Origin: Eubacteriales bacterium
GTDB lineage: Bacteria; Bacillota; Clostridia; Oscillospirales; CAG-272
Direction of reading: 5' to 3'
Assembly: GCA_045580165.1 (NCBI GenBank)
Contig: JAZNNG010000081.1
Coordinates: 9,979-73,978 of the forward strand
Length of the DNA stretch: 64,000 bases
Each line of letters opens with the position of its first letter. Within the stretch, counting starts at the first letter, position 1. The notes beneath the pieces are model-generated. The model worked only from the letters and a program-made list of their open reading frames with translations, did not search any database and was not told where the DNA came from. The translations under genes were made by a program, and so were the position numbers. This document shows positions 17,901-27,467 of the stretch, in pieces.

Positions 17901-20900
17901 TTATTTGTTGTAGGGCTCCGGGAAATGAGCGAACGGTACGTCAATATCCGGATACGGAAGCTGAGGTACTGACGGTGCTACTTCGCGGTTTTCGTTAAAT
18001 GCGGGAACTACGTAGAACTCGTTATCACCGATAGCTCTGTCAGCAATAAGCTTCTTGATGTCTTCGTTGTTGTACCAGTAATACACGTCCGCGCCGTCTG
18101 CCGTCTTGGGATTCTGAGCAAGGCGGCCGAAGGGTGCGTCCTGTCTGTGAATAAACACGTTATCAAACCACTGGAAGCCGAGACCGTTCTTCATTGAGTT
18201 GGGAACGCATCTGATTATCTGCCATCTTACGTTCCAGAACTTATTGTTATATGCGTAGCAATCGATAAACTCGGAATTCGTCTCTCCGCCGCCATAGAAG
18301 GAGGTATACTCGCGGTTGGAGGTATGGTTATAGCCCTTCCAGCCGTAACCCGACATTGTAACGAGGTTATCGTGCATGGTTACGTTGATAAGCTTTGCGT
18401 AATAATCCTCAGTATTTACTCTGCTTGAGCCAAACCAGATCTCAAGGCTTGCCTCCCAAAGAGCGTTGTTGTAGAAGGATACGTCCTTGAACTCTGCCTT
18501 CTTTACTGATGAGCTTTCGGAGAGGGTTACCTGTATCGTAGGTCCGCAATCGAAGCACTGATATATGAAGTTATCGTATACCTGGAAGTTGTTACCCACG
18601 CCGTAAATTTCGATAGCGTTACCGAAACGAACATTACTGTTTGATTCACCCTGAACCGAGCCACCGATCCAGCCGATCTCACAGTTGCGTACAATGAGGT
18701 TATTTGCACTTCCCGTACCAATACCGTGACTTCCCGTATAACCGATAAAAAGGTTGTCGAGAACTACATTTGAGCAAGCGCTTACCGCATTACCTCTGAT
18801 ACAAATCTCAATAGAATCGAATACTTCGCCGGGATTACCCTTTTCACAATAGAGATAAAGCTGCGAGTTTTCTCTGTCATGATAGAACATAAGGTCAGAT
18901 TCGGGAATCTTGTCTGCGATAGACTTGAGGTCTGCGTAGCCCGCAAACTTGTGGTCACCGGGGACAAACTTCCATTGTGCAAGACCGTTGGATGCGATGT
19001 TTTCACGTCCTACTGCAAAAGCTTGATCAACAGTATCCTTCTTAACTATTCTGTTACCGTAGCAGTAACCGTTGTTGAATACGATGTTACCAACGTCCTG
19101 CTTACTGGTTATAGGATCAATAAACTTGTATACGTCCTTAACGTCTGTTGCAACCCATTGAGAAGCGTTGTCGGCTTCGAGAGAGCCGAGTATCCTGGGC
19201 TTAGGTCCTTCGCCGTAAGCAGAATACTGTACGCCCGTTCTTGTGGTGAACTTTTCGTGCCATTCGTCACCGCGCTTGAATAGTACTACGTCACCAGAGA
19301 GAATTCTTCCCTGTCCGACATATTCATCCTTCTGACGCTTCATAACTTCAGCAAGAGTCTTAAGAGGTGCGTTGATGTCACGTCCTACGTTGGAGTCATC
19401 ACCTTCACTTGCAGATACGTAATATACTCGTCCTCTCTGCGCGGTCTCCCACTGGCTTTCGGAATTGCGTACCGCTTCAACCTTCTTTTCAAACTCTTCG
19501 TTGAACTCTTCAACAAGTCCGTCAGGAAGAGGCTTTAAGAACTCGGTATCGTCAATGACCTTAGTCCAGATCTCGTTACCGTTTCCTGCATACTGAATAC
19601 CGTGCTCGGTTGCCGCCTCCATTACGTAGGGGTACGCCCAATGGTCGTCGAACACGTCGTTAAAGCCGAGAGCAGACACGTTTTCCATTGCAAGCAAGGA
19701 GGGTGTTCTTCCGAGAGCAAGGCAAAGCACCTTCACAACTTCGCTTCTCTTGATGTCGCCGTCGGGATCAAAGGTATCGGCGGTCTTACCGTTAACGATA
19801 CCCGCCTTCGCGGCTGCCATTATTGCGGTATATCTTGAGTGGGACGTGGGAACGTCCTTGAAGGATACGTTCTTGTTGCCGCCCTTGATCTTACCCGTCT
19901 GATATACGAGATCGACAAATTCTGCTCTCGTAATCTTTTGGTCGGGCTTGAACTCGCCCTTATACGCCTTGAGGTATCCGAGTCCCTCAAGGTAGGTTAT
20001 ATACTTATAATACCAAGCATCCTTATTGAGGTCTGTAAATGACGTGGACTTTGAGTTATCAAGTGTATTTTCATCAACGAGAAGTCTTGTGATAACCGTG
20101 CAAGCCTCGGCGCGTGTCATATTGTTATCGGGCTTAAAAAGTCTTCCGTCATAGCCTGCGATAAAGGGTGTGTGCATTTCTGCCGCAGTCTGGTCGAATG
20201 TTTCTACAGAATATTCATAATCTTCAGCTTCTTTCTTAGTCTTGAAGAATGCGATATATTCTATATCAATGTACTGACCGTCAACGGAGGTGCCCGTTTC
20301 CAAGCCCTCCCAAGGACTGAAGCGCACGTACTTAATGGTAGAGTCATAGTCAATAAAATCGAAATTTGCCTTGTCTACACCGTCGCCGCCCGTAATGTCA
20401 GCAACACTCATAATAAGCTTCTGAGGCTTGGTGTCGCCCGTGAAGGCACCCTTGAGACCCCAGCATCGTGTATACTTACCCTGAGTCTTGATATTAACGC
20501 TTGCAACTGCATTTTTTGCAGATTCAATGTCCGATTTATATGCTATTGCAACGTAAGGATAGTCCTTTATCTTGAGTTCGGTATTGAGGTCAGCGAAAAT
20601 GATAAACTTTTCACCCGATGCGGTAAGCCCGCCCGGAGTCGTAAATCTGACGTACACGTGTCCGTTATCTTCTATGACCGAGGATTGCTTTTCAAAGCCG
20701 TAAAGCCGAAATCCGCCTTCGTTATCAATATCAACTGCCGTAAATCCGTAGAAGGGTGTTGCGTCAACTATCTCGTTTTCGGCATTGGGGTCTACCTCGT
20801 ACTTTGCGGTAAGCTCAAGGTCGGATCTCAAAATATATCCGTCCTTAACGATCTCTCCCTTTTGGTTTGTCCAACCTACAAAAATCAAGCCTTTTTTTAC

Positions 20901-21677
20901 GGTAGCTAAGGGAAAAGAAAGTCGTGTACCGTTAGGATATTCACCGTTCGAGATAACGTTACCCTTATCGTCCTTAAAGGTGACCGTACGCTTAACGTCT
21001 TCCTTTAAGCCGTAAGGATTATAAGCCTCGGCCTCCTCGACGGTTTTGAAGAAACCGATGTACTCTATATCATAGTAATCCTCGGGGACGAGAGCCTCGT
21101 CCTTGAGATACGCCCACAATGGAAGGCGGATATACTTGACACCCGAGCCCTCGTTTACGTTACCCCAACCACTCTTTCCTTCAAAGGAGCCTTGGAAATT
21201 TGCAAGGCTGAACGTAGCCTGAACAAATTCACCGTTGGTCTTGATAGGCATCATCATACCCCAACAACGGCAGTAAGTACCATCTATGCTCATCGATGCA
21301 TTGATCGCCATATTACCGTTTGTGGTAAGTGCGTTAGTTCTGTATGCGATCGTGAATACGGGATATTCCTTTACCTTGAATTCCGGAACATAATCCTTTT
21401 CATTCTGATCGTCCGGGAAAAAGTTAAAGATTATGTAGGAGCCGGTCTTATCCTTCGCAACCGCCTCGCCGGCAGTGACGTGAATAAATTTTTTACCATC
21501 CTCCTCTTTAAGCTCTGCTGTAATCGAATTGTTTGTCTTGGCAATAGCCATAAGCTCCTCGGCGCTATATACGTAGCCTCCCGAAGACGTGTCTACTGCC
21601 GATACGTTAAGTGCCGCAAAAATCGCGAACACTAAAGCAAGCATCAGAAACAGACAAATAAGCTTTGTATTCTTCAT
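17901..21677 (-). CDS. secreted SLH-anchored multidomain protein, paralog of 6391-10155 with the same domain order
   Basis: GAAGGAGA RBS and signal peptide MKNTKLICLFLMLALVFAIFAALNVSA. Collinear with the other paralog along its whole length. The SLH block contains a 44-residue run identical to it. Confidence 0.8.
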   Translation of the reverse strand: MKNTKLICLFLMLALVFAIFAALNVSAVDTSSGGYVYSAEELMAIAKTNNSITAELKEEDGKKFIHVTAGEAVAKDKTGSYIIFNFFPDDQNEKDYVPEFKVKEYPVFTIAYRTNALTTNGNMAINASMSIDGTYCRCWGMMMPIKTNGEFVQATFSLANFQGSFEGKSGWGNVNEGSGVKYIRLPLWAYLKDEALVPEDYYDIEYIGFFKTVEEAEAYNPYGLKEDVKRTVTFKDDKGNVISNGEYPNGTRLSFPLATVKKGLIFVGWTNQKGEIVKDGYILRSDLELTAKYEVDPNAENEIVDATPFYGFTAVDIDNEGGFRLYGFEKQSSVIEDNGHVYVRFTTPGGLTASGEKFIIFADLNTELKIKDYPYVAIAYKSDIESAKNAVASVNIKTQGKYTRCWGLKGAFTGDTKPQKLIMSVADITGGDGVDKANFDFIDYDSTIKYVRFSPWEGLETGTSVDGQYIDIEYIAFFKTKKEAEDYEYSVETFDQTAAEMHTPFIAGYDGRLFKPDNNMTRAEACTVITRLLVDENTLDNSKSTSFTDLNKDAWYYKYITYLEGLGYLKAYKGEFKPDQKITRAEFVDLVYQTGKIKGGNKNVSFKDVPTSHSRYTAIMAAAKAGIVNGKTADTFDPDGDIKRSEVVKVLCLALGRTPSLLAMENVSALGFNDVFDDHWAYPYVMEAATEHGIQYAGNGNEIWTKVIDDTEFLKPLPDGLVEEFNEEFEKKVEAVRNSESQWETAQRGRVYYVSASEGDDSNVGRDINAPLKTLAEVMKRQKDEYVGQGRILSGDVVLFKRGDEWHEKFTTRTGVQYSAYGEGPKPRILGSLEADNASQWVATDVKDVYKFIDPITSKQDVGNIVFNNGYCYGNRIVKKDTVDQAFAVGRENIASNGLAQWKFVPGDHKFAGYADLKSIADKIPESDLMFYHDRENSQLYLYCEKGNPGEVFDSIEICIRGNAVSACSNVVLDNLFIGYTGSHGIGTGSANNLIVRNCEIGWIGGSVQGESNSNVRFGNAIEIYGVGNNFQVYDNFIYQCFDCGPTIQVTLSESSSVKKAEFKDVSFYNNALWEASLEIWFGSSRVNTEDYYAKLINVTMHDNLVTMSGYGWKGYNHTSNREYTSFYGGGETNSEFIDCYAYNNKFWNVRWQIIRCVPNSMKNGLGFQWFDNVFIHRQDAPFGRLAQNPKTADGADVYYWYNNEDIKKLIADRAIGDNEFYVVPAFNENREVAPSVPQLPYPDIDVPFAHFPEPYNK

Positions 21678-21821
21678 TTCGTTTCTCCTTCAAGAAGTAA
21701 GTTGTAGCATAGCGTATCCGTAAGGATACATCCGTACACATAAATTATACAGTATATTTCATTTTGTGACAATATGAATTTGGCACAAAAATAAGTGTTA
21801 TTTTTGTGATTTTGGATACTT

Positions 21822-21849
21822 AAAAACGGCGTTTTTCAACGCCGTTTTT
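21822..21849. terminator. bidirectional hairpin terminator
   Basis: aaaaacggcgtt / aacgccgttttt 12-bp stem with a 4-nt loop and A/T runs on both sides. Lies between the aac(3)-like gene and the promoter region of the SLH paralog. Confidence 0.7.
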
Positions 21850-21939
21850 AAGTTTAGTCAAAGTGCACATTTTGCGTGCTTTGATTTGTGCACTATGACA
21901 TTATCACTTTGGATTTGTTATTTAATACGCACCTTTACT

Positions 21940-21995
21940 GAAGTGATATAATGATGGTAGACACAAAAAAGCGTCTACCATCATTATATCACTTC
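21940..21995. repeat. perfect 23-bp inverted repeat (palindrome) with a 10-nt spacer
   Basis: gaagtgatataatgatggtagac (21940-21962) and gtctaccatcattatatcacttc (21973-21995). Each arm carries a TGATATAAT extended -10-like motif. Confidence 0.9.
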
Positions 21996-22043
21996 ATGGT
22001 TATTTCCATAGTTTTTTACGCCTCTCCGTTTGTTTTTTTGATT

Positions 22044-22817
22044 TCATTTGTGGTAGCTTACAAAATAAAGATTATCTTCCTTCATTTTACTTTGACCCTT
22101 TTCCCACACCGCCTTGGCGCTCATAAGCACACAATCGGCGTCAAGCACCTTCCCAAAACTCACCTCGTCACTACTTAAAAGGTCAACTACTCTGTCATAG
22201 CGTTGCTCGATGTGGTTTCCGTTTTCATCAAGGAAATAGTGTCTGAACGCAACCTGACGGATCTCTTTGTCTCTATCCCTCAAGGTGTACTCGATAGGAT
22301 TTTCTCTGTTTATGCAATACGGATTTTCAACCGTTTCCTCAACTCCGTGCATTAGTGTATTGCATCTCGTTCCACACCCGAGCATTAGTATCTTTCCGTT
22401 ATATTTGGGAAGCTTTGCAAAGGGGGAGTTTTCTCCCACGGGGGTTATATCGCGTTCGTGTCCCGAGGTTATCTCATCGGCATACTTGCCGTACGCACAG
22501 CATGAGTGAGTCGCGTGCATACTTCGCTTTACGCCCTCCACCTTGGTCCTGAAGTACTCGGAGAGGTATCCGACGCAGCTAGACGTTGTTGCAATATCAA
22601 ACTCAGGAGAGCTTCTTGTCACCTTATCAAACGAAAGCGTGGGAACAATGAGGGTTCCATCGTCACCGAGAAGCTCGATAAAGCCCTCGAAGAAGATCTC
22701 GGCTCCGCCGTCAAGCTCACCAAGCGATTTGAATGAGGAGTGCATCAGCACCACGTCTCCCGCACGTACGCCGAGCGCAAACAAGTCATTTTTCAATTGC
22801 TCCTTATTATATCCCAT
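22044..22817 (-). CDS. AAC(3)-family aminoglycoside N-acetyltransferase-like protein
   Basis: LGVRAGDVVLMHSSFKSLG...DGTLIVPTLSF...MHATHSCCAYG...NTLMHGVEE, collinear with AAC(3)/YokD-type acetyltransferases. 257 aa. Confidence 0.75.
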   Translation of the reverse strand: MGYNKEQLKNDLFALGVRAGDVVLMHSSFKSLGELDGGAEIFFEGFIELLGDDGTLIVPTLSFDKVTRSSPEFDIATTSSCVGYLSEYFRTKVEGVKRSMHATHSCCAYGKYADEITSGHERDITPVGENSPFAKLPKYNGKILMLGCGTRCNTLMHGVEETVENPYCINRENPIEYTLRDRDKEIRQVAFRHYFLDENGNHIEQRYDRVVDLLSSDEVSFGKVLDADCVLMSAKAVWEKGQSKMKEDNLYFVSYHK

Positions 22818-23153
22818 AACCGTAATCCTTTCGGCTTTTTGTTAACTAATTTTATCATATCAAAAAGCCGTTTGCCATCACAATTTTGCCACCTGAGCGT
22901 CTTAAAGTTGCGTTCATTATGCGTATGATACGACAAACAAGAGGTAACGCAAATACCTATCTTCCCATCCCTACTACATTTTAACAGAAACCCATCTTTT
23001 CGTCAACCAAAAGCCAACGTTGTATCTCACTTAAATCCCGTTGCTTTTTTGTGGATTTTGTCCTTGGAAAGTTAAGTAATAGCTGCCTTTTGAAAATCAA
23101 TTCTCTTTTTCGACAAAAAGTTATAATTGTTAACACAAAAAACGACTCACCTA

Positions 23154-23182
23154 TTGACAAAGAGGTTAGTTTCTATTATAAT
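23154..23182 (+). promoter_or_regulatory. consensus sigma-A promoter driving the potABCD leader
   Basis: TTGACA (23154-23159), 17-nt spacer, TATAAT (23177-23182). Confidence 0.6.
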
Positions 23183-23189
23183 GTATTCA

Positions 23190-23493
23190 TTGCGGATTTT
23201 ACAGATATATTTCCGCTTATTTTAGCACGATTTTTGCATCTGTGCCAACGTTCCGTATAAAAGCAAAGTTTTATGCGGATATATCATCGTTTAACAATTA
23301 AATAGATGTACACATCCGGCAGTTCTTAACAAGAACCGTAACCGTTTGGTTTGTGAAATCGTATGCTGCAGTCCGCATCGCCTTTGCGGATTTGTAAAAA
23401 CTCTTTGCGGGGGCTGCGATTAGCCGAGTGTGGGGTGCGCGCAGAGCTGTATACGGCTGTACGCGGCTCTAGCCGCAAAGGGGGATGCAAAAA
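23190..23493 (+). promoter_or_regulatory. long structured 5' leader of potABCD (candidate cis-regulatory RNA, class unknown)
   Basis: About 300 nt between the consensus promoter and the start codon. There is an 11-bp hairpin at 23252-23279. CTCTTTGCGG (23401-23410) can pair with CCGCAAAGGG (23473-23482), which overlaps the SD. Alternative partners sit at 23371-23390. Confidence 0.35.
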
Positions 23494-24624
23494 ATGAAAA
23501 AGAATATTATTGAACTCAAGGACATTACCGTATCTTTTGACGGTGAAACCGTTCTCGACAATCTTTCGCTGAACATAAAAGACGGGGAATTTGTAACCTT
23601 GCTCGGCTCATCGGGCTGCGGCAAGACGACTACCCTCCGTATAATTGCCGGTTTCATCTTGCCCGATTCAGGTAGTGTTTTTTTTGACGGTCAGGACGTA
23701 AGCGCCATACCGCCTTACAAGCGCCCTGTCAACACTATTTTCCAGCGTTACGCGCTCTTCCCCAACCTCAACGTGTACGATAACGTTGCTTTCGGTCTGA
23801 GAGTGAGCCATACACCCGAGGCTGAGATCAAGGAAAGAGTCAGTGCGATGCTCGAGCTTGTCGGTCTTAAGGGATTTGAAAAGAAAAACATCGCTTACCT
23901 GTCGGGAGGTCAGCAGCAGCGTGTCGCAATAGCGCGCGCGGTCATCAACCGTCCCAAGGTGCTTCTTCTCGACGAGCCTCTCGCGGCTCTTGACGCAAAG
24001 CTCAGAAAGGATATGCAGAGAGAGCTTAAAAACATCCAGCGCGAGCTTGGAATCACCTTTATATTCGTAACTCACGACCAGGAGGAAGCCCTTTCAATGT
24101 CCGACACCGTCGTTGTTATGAACGAGGGTATAGTACAACAGGTCGGCACTCCCATAGACATCTACAACGAGCCGAAAAACGCTTTCGTTGCAGACTTTAT
24201 CGGTGAATCCAACATCGTTGACGGCGTTATGCTCTCCGACTACAAGGTAAGGATCGACGGTCACGATTTTGAGTGTCTTGACAAGGACTTTGGCAAAAAC
24301 GAGCCCGTTGACGTAGTTATACGCCCCGAGGACGTTGATATCGTTGACATCGACAAGGGAATGATAAACGGTGAAATTACGTCGGTCACCTTTCTCGGCG
24401 TTCATTATGAAATGATCATTGACGTGTTCGGCTTCAAGTGGATGATACAGACCACCGATTACCGTCCCGTCGGCGACAAGGTGGGACTTTACATAGAGCC
24501 CGACGCTATCCACATTATGAAAAAATCCAAGTACTCCGGCACGTTTGGCGATTACAGCTCGTTCAGCGACGAGATGGACAACATCAGCAACCCCGACTTT
24601 GACGAGGAGGCAGATGAAGAATGA
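23494..24624 (+). CDS. potA: spermidine/putrescine ABC transporter, ATP-binding subunit
   Basis: Walker [10 protein letters not shown], signature LSGGQQQRV, Walker B LLLDEP, and a C-terminal TOBE-like domain. Start taken at ATG 23494 (AAAGGGGGA SD); the ORF track starts at 23485. Confidence 0.85.
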   Translation: MKKNIIELKDITVSFDGETVLDNLSLNIKDGEFVTLLGSSGCGKTTTLRIIAGFILPDSGSVFFDGQDVSAIPPYKRPVNTIFQRYALFPNLNVYDNVAFGLRVSHTPEAEIKERVSAMLELVGLKGFEKKNIAYLSGGQQQRVAIARAVINRPKVLLLDEPLAALDAKLRKDMQRELKNIQRELGITFIFVTHDQEEALSMSDTVVVMNEGIVQQVGTPIDIYNEPKNAFVADFIGESNIVDGVMLSDYKVRIDGHDFECLDKDFGKNEPVDVVIRPEDVDIVDIDKGMINGEITSVTFLGVHYEMIIDVFGFKWMIQTTDYRPVGDKVGLYIEPDAIHIMKKSKYSGTFGDYSSFSDEMDNISNPDFDEEADEE

Positions 24625-25439
24625 AGCGTAAAACGGGTACCTTTATCCTGAACGCTCCGTACACCGTCTGGGCGGCGATATTTATAGTAGTGCCGCTTTT
24701 CATAGTTCTCTACTATTCGCTGACCGACCAGAACGGCGCGTTTACATTTGATAACATAAAAAGTCTTAAGGACTACTCACACACCTTCGGTATTTCAATA
24801 GGCTATTCTCTTATAGCCACCGCGATAACTCTGATCATTGCTTACCCATTCGCTTACGCTATGAGCAAAAAGAGTATTGCGTCACAGAAGATGCAGATGA
24901 TGCTCGTTATGCTCCCCATGTGGATGAATCTTCTTATCCGCACATATTCGTGGGTCAACATTCTTGAGCGCAACGGTATTATAAACAACTTCCTCGGCGT
25001 CTTCGGTATCGAGCCGATAAAAATGATAGGTACGCCCGGCGCGGTCATACTCGGTATGGTCTACAACTATCTGCCGTATATGATACTTCCCATCTACACC
25101 GTGCTTTCAAAGATAGACCCTTCACTGCTTGAAGCGGCAGAGGATCTCGGTTGCTCGTCGTTTGAAAAGCTCAAGCGTCTTATTATTCCGCTGAGTATTC
25201 CCGGTGTGGTTTCGGGCATCGCTATGGTGTTCGTTCCGTCTGTTTCCACCTTCTATATTTCCCAGAAGCTCGGTGACGGAAGAATAATGCTTATCGGTGA
25301 CGTTATAGAGCGCCAGATACAGATGTCATATAACTACAATCTCGGCGCCGCTATCTCCCTCGTGCTTATGGTGATGATACTTATAAGCATGGCGATAATG
25401 AACAAGTTCTCGGATGCGGACGGAGGTGTTGTGGTATGA
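24621..25439 (+). CDS. potB: spermidine/putrescine ABC transporter permease
   Basis: 6-TM permease with EAAEDLGCS (EAA loop). 4-nt overlap with potA. Confidence 0.8.
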   Translation: MKRKTGTFILNAPYTVWAAIFIVVPLFIVLYYSLTDQNGAFTFDNIKSLKDYSHTFGISIGYSLIATAITLIIAYPFAYAMSKKSIASQKMQMMLVMLPMWMNLLIRTYSWVNILERNGIINNFLGVFGIEPIKMIGTPGAVILGMVYNYLPYMILPIYTVLSKIDPSLLEAAEDLGCSSFEKLKRLIIPLSIPGVVSGIAMVFVPSVSTFYISQKLGDGRIMLIGDVIERQIQMSYNYNLGAAISLVLMVMILISMAIMNKFSDADGGVVV

Positions 25440-26242
25440 AAAAGCAAAGACCTCTCTACAACCTCGTTCTCGCAATCGTTTACGTGTTTTTGTATGCGCC
25501 GCTGCTCGTTATGGTTTTCTTTTCATTTAACGAGTCGAAAAGCACGTCGGTGTTCACGGGATTTTCGCTCAAGTGGTATGCAGAGCTGTTTTCAAAGCGC
25601 GACATTATAGAGGCGCTCACCAACACTCTTATCCTCGCCGTGCTTTCGTCGGTAATAGCAACCGTTATCGGAACTGTTGCCGCTTACGGAATATACAGAA
25701 CGAGAAGCCGTGTGGTTACGACCACTCTTACAACCGTCAACAACATCCCTATGATGAACCCCGACATAGTTACGGGCGTTTCGCTTATGTTATTGTTCGT
25801 GTTTATCGGCAGACTTCTCGGTGCGAGTGAATACCTTAACTTCTTCACTCTGCTCATAGCGCATATTACCTTTAATATTCCCTACGTTATTCTCAACGTA
25901 TTACCGAAGCTCCGTCAGACCGACGTACATCTGTACGAGGCGGCGATGGATCTCGGATGCACACCTACAAAAGCGTTTTTCAAGGTAATAATGCCTGCCA
26001 TAAACCCCGGTATCATCTCGGGACTTCTTATGGCGTTTACCCTGTCGCTTGACGACTTCGTAATAAGCTACTACACCAGCGGTGCGGGCTTCCAAACCCT
26101 TCCCCTAAAGATATTCGCTATGACGAAAAAGACGGTAAAGCCCGATATGTACGCGCTTTCAAGTATTATATTCGTCACTATACTCGTCTTACTTATAGTA
26201 ATAAATCTCGTTCAGTCAAAAACTGAAAAAGCACAAAAATAA
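25436..26242 (+). CDS. potC: spermidine/putrescine ABC transporter permease
   Basis: 6-TM permease with EAAMDLGCT (EAA loop). 4-nt overlap with potB. Confidence 0.8.
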   Translation: MKKQRPLYNLVLAIVYVFLYAPLLVMVFFSFNESKSTSVFTGFSLKWYAELFSKRDIIEALTNTLILAVLSSVIATVIGTVAAYGIYRTRSRVVTTTLTTVNNIPMMNPDIVTGVSLMLLFVFIGRLLGASEYLNFFTLLIAHITFNIPYVILNVLPKLRQTDVHLYEAAMDLGCTPTKAFFKVIMPAINPGIISGLLMAFTLSLDDFVISYYTSGAGFQTLPLKIFAMTKKTVKPDMYALSSIIFVTILVLLIVINLVQSKTEKAQK

Positions 26243-26263
26243 GATTATAAAGGAGCTTGATAA

Positions 26264-27367
26264 ATGAAAAACACTCTTAAACAGACCTTCGCACTTATTC
26301 TCTTTTCAGCTATGCTCATATCCCTCGCTTCGTGCGGCACAAGCAACGAGCCCTCGTTTACTCCCGTTGGAGAATATACAAGAGAGCTTGAAGGAACTGT
26401 AATAAACGTATTCAACTGGGGAGAATACATCTCCGACGGCAGTGAGGATGCCCTCGACGTCAATGCCGAGTTTGAAAAGCTTACAGGCATCAAGGTAAAC
26501 TACGACAACTACGAATCAAACGAAGCTATGTACGCAAAGCTCAAGAGTGGCGCGGTTTCGTATGATATCATTATTCCCTCCGACTATATGATCGAGCGTT
26601 TAGTCTCTGAGGATATGCTCGCAGAGGTGGATTTTTCCAAAATAACCAACTACTCACTTATTGACGAAAAATACAAGGGCCTCTACTTTGACCCCGAGGA
26701 AAAGTTCAGCGTTCCCTACAACGTAGGTATGGTAGGACTTATCTACAATTCCACGATGGTTGATGAAGCGCCCGACAGCTGGGCGGTTATGTGGGACGAA
26801 AAATATAAGGGCGACATACTCACCTTCAACAACCCCCGTGACTCGTTTGCAATAGCGCAGCTCTTGCTCGGTATCGACCTCAACACCACCGACAAGGCGG
26901 ATTGGGACAAGGCAGCTGAAAAGCTCAAGGAGCAGGACGATATACTTCAAGGACGTGTTATGGACCTTGTGTTCAACAAAATGCAGTCGGGCAACGCCGC
27001 AATAGCCGCGTACTATGCAGGCGACTTCCTCACAATGAAGGACATCAACGACGATCTTGAATTCGTATATCCCAAGGAAGGCGTTAATATTTTCGTCGAC
27101 TCGGTATGTATCCCGAAGAACCATCAGAATTACGAAGCGGCGCTTATGTATATAAACTTCCTGCTTGAGCCTGAAATTGCTCTCGCAAACGCAGAGTACA
27201 TCTGCTACGCATCTCCCAATACTGCGGTTATAAACAGTGCTGACTACTCGCTCAAGGACGAAAAGATACTCTACCCCGACGAGTACCCCAAGACCCAGTA
27301 CTTCCACGATCTGCCCGCAGAAATTCGTTCCTACTACGAATCCCTCTGGGAAGAGGTTTTGAGATAA
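26264..27367 (+). CDS. potD: spermidine/putrescine-binding lipoprotein
   Basis: Lipobox LISLASC and PotD-like periplasmic-binding fold (NWGEYI, YDIIIPSDYM). Last gene of the operon. Confidence 0.8.
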   Translation: MKNTLKQTFALILFSAMLISLASCGTSNEPSFTPVGEYTRELEGTVINVFNWGEYISDGSEDALDVNAEFEKLTGIKVNYDNYESNEAMYAKLKSGAVSYDIIIPSDYMIERLVSEDMLAEVDFSKITNYSLIDEKYKGLYFDPEEKFSVPYNVGMVGLIYNSTMVDEAPDSWAVMWDEKYKGDILTFNNPRDSFAIAQLLLGIDLNTTDKADWDKAAEKLKEQDDILQGRVMDLVFNKMQSGNAAIAAYYAGDFLTMKDINDDLEFVYPKEGVNIFVDSVCIPKNHQNYEAALMYINFLLEPEIALANAEYICYASPNTAVINSADYSLKDEKILYPDEYPKTQYFHDLPAEIRSYYESLWEEVLR

Positions 27368-27369
27368 CA

Positions 27370-27409
27370 AAAAAATCCTGCGATATAATATCATATCGCA
27401 GGATTTTTT
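27370..27409 (+). terminator. rho-independent terminator after potD
   Basis: atcctgcgatat / atatcgcaggat 12-bp stem, then TTTTT. Confidence 0.8.
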
Positions 27410-27467
27410 AACGCTATTTTACATACCCGAATATACTTTAATTGACACTTGCTTTTCGGGGGTAACT

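Noticed and set aside
6391-21677. Directly repeated large paralogs flanking the rha locus considered as a composite transposon or segmental mobile unit
   Set aside because: The repeats are diverged protein-coding genes (about half identical outside the SLH block) with their own promoters and terminators. There is no transposase, no terminal inverted repeats and no target duplications.
21940-21995. Palindrome downstream of the aac(3)-like gene considered as an integron attC site
   Set aside because: The arms are perfectly complementary, with no extrahelical bases. There are no R''/R' core sites (RYYYAAC/GTTRRRY), no intI gene and no neighbouring cassettes.
22846-23153. Small ORFs (62 and 69 aa, plus strand) in the long aac(3)-pot intergenic region
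   Set aside because: They have no RBS and low-complexity or AT-biased composition. One spans the consensus pot promoter, so neither is credible as a gene.
23190-23493. pot leader compared with known riboswitch and leader classes (T-box, ykkC/guanidine/ppGpp/PRPP, THF)
   Set aside because: I could not find the conserved core sequences of the classes I compared it with: no T-box AGGGUGGNACCGCG-type motif, no ykkC ACUAGGGUUCCG block, and no THF GCGUUAAGUG block. It is therefore reported only as an unclassified candidate, not as a member of a known family.
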